This document shows, piece after piece, positions 59,567 through 64,000 of a DNA stretch of 64,000 nucleotides. The notes beneath the pieces were generated by a model. The model was not told the origin of the DNA. It searched no databases and was given only the letters and a program-made list of their open reading frames with translations. Both the position numbers and the translations under genes were made by a program. The stretch spans positions 62,001-126,000 of IMG/VR virus record IMGVR_UViG_3300010938_000950, one strand, 5' to 3'. How positions within the stretch are numbered: the first letter of the stretch is position 1; the number at the start of each line of letters is the position of its first letter.

Positions 59567-60499
59567 ATGAGCCTAGATATTTTCAAATTAATTCAAGATT
59601 TGATTGGCGGCCTCTTTGGCTCTAAATCAAAAGAGAACGTATCTGTACCGATAGATAATTCTCCACCTACCACGAATCCACAAACTCAGGTAGTATCAGC
59701 CCCAGTCACATCCCCAATTTCAAATACAAGCCCTGTTACTACTTCTAGCCCTATTCCAAATCGTAATCCATATTCTGTTACTGGCTCTGGATTTATACAA
59801 GCAAACATGAATTTGGTTGGTGCAGCCAGAGAAGCAAACATTTTGAGAGAATTTCAGGAAGGTAATATTCCTGATTTTCTAAGAAACTTTGTTGATATTA
59901 AAGTGACAGATGGAATTAATACTATTATTTATAAGGTAATGCCTGATTACTTATCCATTGGTAGCGATGAAGATTACGTTAGAGTTCCAATGAATCCTCA
60001 CACGGCCCAATCCATTGCTGATCAGTATGACTGTACTTTAATCACCAGAAAAATGGTGAATGATATTTGGAAACGGTCTGTTAATAAACTATCACCAAAA
60101 CCCTGGGGCCCACCGTATAATGCTGACATGGAAAAAACCCATCGCATTGGCACCCATAGCAACACTATACAAAAGCAGTTAACATCTGCGAATCTTAACC
60201 CATTTTCATTAACATCAGGACACAAAAAAGATGTTGTATTAACCAATAGATTAGCGCCCAACAATCCTAATAGAAGAGTAGCTATATATGGATGGATACA
60301 GCTTAACGGTAAACCAATTCAAGATTTAAATCCGTCAAGTCATGATGATAAATATGCAGACTACAGTCATGGTATTAGACTAGCCGATAATATTGCAGTA
60401 GTAAACGGGCAACCAATGAGAATGAAAGATGTGTTTAAACATCCGACTTATTCAAAATTGGTTAGCGATGAAGGCCCTCTTAACTTTTTGAGCTATTAA
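59567..60499 (+). CDS. Uncharacterised enzyme-like protein (GHKKD..VAIYGW..H..YADYSHG), putative cell-wall hydrolase
   Basis: Amphipathic N-terminus, Pro/Thr linker, catalytic-looking motifs; GGGAG RBS before ATG 59567. Confidence 0.55.
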   Translation: MSLDIFKLIQDLIGGLFGSKSKENVSVPIDNSPPTTNPQTQVVSAPVTSPISNTSPVTTSSPIPNRNPYSVTGSGFIQANMNLVGAAREANILREFQEGNIPDFLRNFVDIKVTDGINTIIYKVMPDYLSIGSDEDYVRVPMNPHTAQSIADQYDCTLITRKMVNDIWKRSVNKLSPKPWGPPYNADMEKTHRIGTHSNTIQKQLTSANLNPFSLTSGHKKDVVLTNRLAPNNPNRRVAIYGWIQLNGKPIQDLNPSSHDDKYADYSHGIRLADNIAVVNGQPMRMKDVFKHPTYSKLVSDEGPLNFLSY

Positions 60500-60501
60500 C
60501 A

Positions 60502-61893
60502 ATGAGTTTTGAACAGGATTTTGCAAAAACACCAGCCGGCCCACAAAGAGAGAGATTGGTTTATCAGGCAGTAGTCAGCCAAGGTAAACCTACTGATCTA
60601 TGGCCGGTTACTGTTAATGGTCCTCAAGGAACTAAAATCACTTTTTACATAACTAGAGATTTTCTTAAAGTAGGTAATCAATATCTACCAATGACTGCCA
60701 CTACTGCGCAGATGATAGCTAATAAATTTGGTATGTACTTACCCACTAATACTATTGCAGACCACGTATGGGCAGCGGCCAAGGCGGCCGGATCAACTGT
60801 CAATGTTGATCCACTAAGTGGCACAGGATACCAAGGTGCGGATGGCAAATGGTATTCGGGAGCAGATGTAGCAAATAAACGAATTGGTACCACAGACGCA
60901 GCAGTAGAATTTAGTAAAAGAGTTAATCAGCAGGTGTCCCAGAACCCTAACTCTCAAAAGGGGTTGGTGGATATCGGCAGTGGAGGTAAGTGGTTGACAG
61001 TGCCACCAGCCAGCGGCAGCTTGGGCTTACATGGGATTAGGCAGCCAGGTGGTATGTTGCAAAGCGGCTATGGTACCAAGCATCCAAACTATGAAGATCA
61101 TGTAGAGTACGGAACTTATGTTCGTTTAGTTGATAATAAAGTAACGGTACAACATGCTGATGGTCGCAAAGAGAGTATGACTATGGATCAATTCATAAAA
61201 AGTCCATACCGTTCCGCTCTTTTTATGGAAGGTCAAGACATTCGTGATGGCAGTATTGCTCAGTACAATATTAGAAGAGATAGGGCTGATCTTGCTAGCT
61301 TGGATCGTGGGACACAACCATCTCGGCCCTCTGGACCAAATTTAGACCAAGTGAACCAATTTTTAGACCAGGCATTAACTCAGGTAGCCAGTCGTATGAA
61401 AATTTATGGCAGGATCATTAAGCGGGCAAAAGGTGATATTAAAATTTTACCTAGTATAGGAAAAGATCCAGTTATCAAAGATTTGAGTGCCAAAAGTATT
61501 CCTGGTTACCCGCCTACCGGATATAGGGCTTTGAAAGCTGGCGAGAATAATACAGATGTTGGTATTGCTGCTAATAAAATTCTTCATACCTCTTCTTTAG
61601 GAGATCAGACACCATTCACTATCGATGGTAAAGAATATATGGGAAGAACCGAGCCCCATTTCCACCCATATCCGCCGCCTGGCACAAAACCATCTGAATA
61701 CGGTAAATATCCTAAGCCATGGGGCTGGCATAAAGGCGTAACAGTTTTCAAGAAAGCGGAAAGTGTTCCTAAAGTGTCAGGACCATCGAACACCCAATCT
61801 AGGATGGCATTATTACAAAAAATACAAGATACCCCTGTGGACGGAGATAGTACTATCGTGAATCTTCTTTCAGAAATTGAGAGAGATGTTTAA
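60502..61893 (+). CDS. Diverged paralog of 59567 fused to a His-rich EPHFHP..KPWGWHKGVTV domain
   Basis: RE......G..P..L..V.V...T.I....DFL.VG...PM...TAQ.IA.....L.T....D.VW aligns with the upstream gene. Confidence 0.6.
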   Translation: MSFEQDFAKTPAGPQRERLVYQAVVSQGKPTDLWPVTVNGPQGTKITFYITRDFLKVGNQYLPMTATTAQMIANKFGMYLPTNTIADHVWAAAKAAGSTVNVDPLSGTGYQGADGKWYSGADVANKRIGTTDAAVEFSKRVNQQVSQNPNSQKGLVDIGSGGKWLTVPPASGSLGLHGIRQPGGMLQSGYGTKHPNYEDHVEYGTYVRLVDNKVTVQHADGRKESMTMDQFIKSPYRSALFMEGQDIRDGSIAQYNIRRDRADLASLDRGTQPSRPSGPNLDQVNQFLDQALTQVASRMKIYGRIIKRAKGDIKILPSIGKDPVIKDLSAKSIPGYPPTGYRALKAGENNTDVGIAANKILHTSSLGDQTPFTIDGKEYMGRTEPHFHPYPPPGTKPSEYGKYPKPWGWHKGVTVFKKAESVPKVSGPSNTQSRMALLQKIQDTPVDGDSTIVNLLSEIERDV

Positions 61894-62111
61894 GCTCCCT
61901 TAATGCGATATACGATACGTCCCCTACTAGGATCATACTCCGAAACTTCAATTTTTACTCTGTCTCCTAACAGAATACGAACTGAATTTGTTCTGATTTT
62001 TCCACTTAAGGTACAGAGAACAGTGTAGTTATCACTTACCTGAACTTTAAACTGTCCCTTGTTAGCATCGATAACTTCGCCTTCAAACTCTAATCTATCA
62101 CGATCACTCAA
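61890..62111 (-). CDS. infA: Translation initiation factor IF-1
   Basis: EFEGEV..FKV...LCTLSGKIR...RILLGDRVKIEVSEYD..RGRIVYR; TTG start. Confidence 0.93.
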   Translation of the reverse strand: MSDRDRLEFEGEVIDANKGQFKVQVSDNYTVLCTLSGKIRTNSVRILLGDRVKIEVSEYDPSRGRIVYRIKGA

Positions 62112-62123
62112 TGTAGTATCCCT

Positions 62124-62774
62124 TTATTGTTTTAGTATTGTTGATATCATTTCGGATTGTTTGTAAATATCCGAAATGAATGCGTTACTCGCCGGCAAAT
62201 AAGATAGCCATGCCGAGCCCGAAATGCAAGGAATAGCCAAATTTTCTTTCTTTCCTAATTGCTGATAATATTTAACGTCTAAATGATTAGCTATGGTTTT
62301 CAAACTAGTCAAACCAATAATCAGTGGCGAAACCTGTTGCCACTCGTCATGCCAATACAAATATGAACGCAGATGTTCATCGATACCTAGAAAATTAATA
62401 AGACAACAATCCTGATAGATATCTTCATCCTTGCCGTGGACCAAGTGCACCAACTTACTCATCTTCACGATTTTGTCAATACCAAGTCCGTAATATAAAT
62501 CGGTACTAACAATTCTTTTTTTATCAAGGCGCAGGTCATTCAGTACTATTTCGAGGCGCTTGTACTTGTTTACCACTAGCGAATTTCCAAACTCGTCAAA
62601 CCACCATTTGTATAGAACTACTTTTTCAGTTCTTTCTTGGAAAATGTAATCGTATGGTTTAAGACGGCATGCTTTAATGATAAATTCTAGCTCTGGAATT
62701 TCTGTAAATCCAGTGACTAGTTTAATATGTTTATCTAATTTGGCGTGGAGCCATTCAATACTTGGGCTTCTCAT
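62124..62774 (-). CDS. Hypothetical protein
   Basis: 216-aa ORF with ATGA overlap. Confidence 0.6.
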   Translation of the reverse strand: MRSPSIEWLHAKLDKHIKLVTGFTEIPELEFIIKACRLKPYDYIFQERTEKVVLYKWWFDEFGNSLVVNKYKRLEIVLNDLRLDKKRIVSTDLYYGLGIDKIVKMSKLVHLVHGKDEDIYQDCCLINFLGIDEHLRSYLYWHDEWQQVSPLIIGLTSLKTIANHLDVKYYQQLGKKENLAIPCISGSAWLSYLPASNAFISDIYKQSEMISTILKQ

Positions 62775-63442
62775 TCTTGATCTAGTAATAGAGTTGGATC
62801 AAGCCCTTCATCTGCATCTGGTGTCACAACAGTGTGTACGTGAGTTTTAATAAACGGTAGGTAGTCTATTTTTCTTTCATCCACCAAATTGCGATAAAGC
62901 AAATAAGTATTTCTGCTATCTACTTTAGCATTGTGAGCTTCTGAAATTTTCTTAATGCCCACCATATCACAGCAAGCATGCAATTGTGTGCTCACTCGCC
63001 CGGTTGCCGTTTTAACAATGTTAAGTTGGGACGTATCATTTTCGTCTATAAATTTCTTAGTAAGTGAAATGGTGTCTAACCACAAATGTGCAGGAAATTC
63101 TTTACCGGAAGCCTCCCACATGGCATGTAAAAATTTTCTATCAAATGGAGCATTATGAGCAATGATACAGCGGTGTGCTGGTGTTAGACCATCTTCCGCA
63201 AAGAATTTTTCGCATTCAGCAATTACTGCGTCACGATCATAGCCTCGCTCTAGATCAGCCATTGTTTTCTTTGTAATAGCTAAGGCATCAAAATTTGCAC
63301 GTTCAGGATAAACACATTTAATTTGGCGCCAGAGTTGTACTCGGTCAGTAACTCGTATAATACCAATTTCAGTTATCTCGTGGTAACCGCTTTTTAAACC
63401 AGTTGTTTCAGTGTCAATTACGTAATATTGTAGTCCAGACAT
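62771..63442 (-). CDS. DEDDh 3'-5' exonuclease (second copy)
   Basis: DTETTG, AHNAPFD, HNAKVD. Confidence 0.88.
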   Translation of the reverse strand: MSGLQYYVIDTETTGLKSGYHEITEIGIIRVTDRVQLWRQIKCVYPERANFDALAITKKTMADLERGYDRDAVIAECEKFFAEDGLTPAHRCIIAHNAPFDRKFLHAMWEASGKEFPAHLWLDTISLTKKFIDENDTSQLNIVKTATGRVSTQLHACCDMVGIKKISEAHNAKVDSRNTYLLYRNLVDERKIDYLPFIKTHVHTVVTPDADEGLDPTLLLDQE

Positions 63443-63452
63443 TCTTCCTCAC

Positions 63453-63755
63453 TTACCAAAATGCTTTGTTTCTCATGTAACATTCAAATTCTTGTTGAGT
63501 CGTTACGAATAATTTTTTACCATCCAACCACCACTCCATCGTTCCATCTCTTTTAATGGCGGCAGGCCCATCTTCATTATGAATTTTGTGTCTGCTGAAG
63601 AAAATACCAGTTGGCCGCTCATAATCTTTAACATAGATAGTGACATAATCTTCCCAATTGTGAGGGAACAGCAAATTCTCCACAAGAGCCCTAAATATAC
63701 TCCCAGGTCTCATATCTGTACTGTTGTTAAAATCACAAATATCAATACGTTTCAT
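63453..63755 (-). CDS. HNEDGPA..G..EWWLDG motif protein ending KAFW
   Basis: H(R/N)EDGPA-type motif familiar from large phages. Confidence 0.65.
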   Translation of the reverse strand: MKRIDICDFNNSTDMRPGSIFRALVENLLFPHNWEDYVTIYVKDYERPTGIFFSRHKIHNEDGPAAIKRDGTMEWWLDGKKLFVTTQQEFECYMRNKAFW

Positions 63756-64000
63756 CTCTTATGAATTAAAGTTGGGTGTGAAATATAAAGTGGTATTATA
63801 TTTTTCTTCTTATATGATTCTTGTAACTCGGGACTTAAATATTGAAAACCGCTAATTATTTTACGACATTTGAACGAGCCACACTTACATTCCATCTTCC
63901 AGGTTTCGTGCGTGTCAGTGGATGTAGTTGAATAATCAAAAGTTAGTTCGGCCCCAGCAGGAATTACATATAAGGAATATAGAATGGCTCTATTGCCTAC
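63752..64000 (-). CDS. SET-domain lysine methyltransferase with post-SET, C-terminal 82 aa; 5' end outside window (not in ORF track)
   Basis: Read manually: VGNRAILYSLYVIPAGAELTFDYSTT...MECKCGSFKCRKIISG...HKR*; ELTFDY and CxCx4C motifs. Confidence 0.85.
   Translation of the reverse strand, partial: VGNRAILYSLYVIPAGAELTFDYSTTSTDTHETWKMECKCGSFKCRKIISGFQYLSPELQESYKKKNIIPLYISHPTLIHKR

Noticed and set aside
1-64000. Stop-codon recoding as in some huge phages
   Set aside because: Conserved genes are full length in the standard code, and TAA, TGA and TAG all end genes at tight junctions
1-64000. CRISPR array, tRNA or rRNA genes
   Set aside because: Intergenic gaps are about 100 nt or less and show no repeat-spacer or cloverleaf pattern; all repeats are coding
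1-64000. Eukaryotic giant virus or bacterial chromosome origin
   Set aside because: Shine-Dalgarno sites, overlapping operons, sigma factor, IF-1 and peptidoglycan hydrolases indicate a bacterial virus; the mix of fibre genes and isolated metabolic genes is not chromosome-like

Overview
Gene-dense, AT-rich segment of a large (jumbo/huge) tailed bacteriophage genome, read with the standard code. 1-29 kb (+): glycosylation genes (GT4, two GT2, RmlB), Fpg/Nei, a tubulin/FtsZ-family GTPase, GH25 lysozyme, a replication block (SF2 helicase, DnaC-like ATPase, DnaB), sigma-70-type factor, class II RNR, PIN-PhoH, Met aminopeptidase, a fibre protein, DEDDh exonuclease, HAD, macro-like protein and M23 peptidase. 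29-56 kb: a divergent cluster of Thr/Gly-rich virion-type proteins. 56-64 kb (mostly -): DHFR, ThyX, HExxH protease, IMPDH/GMPR, two paralogous putative cell-wall enzymes, IF-1, a second DEDDh exonuclease and a truncated SET-domain gene missing from the ORF track. The main observation is in the structural cluster. Two ~65-70-aa modules (A, ~19 copies; B, E1-FCCH-like, ~10 copies) are inserted in frame into five paralogous scaffold proteins and two unrelated fibres, and also inside one another. This gives a 'Russian-doll' nesting about seven levels deep in 38606..42373, with filled and empty insertion sites visible between paralogs. Other signals: a candidate phage promoter AATAA-N4-RYAT with an RBS-occluding hairpin, a shared YYK..Y...W module, DGY enrichment, a KAFW C-terminal tag, and cell-wall enzymes with terminal amphipathic helices. 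All family calls are by motif recognition; no searches were run.
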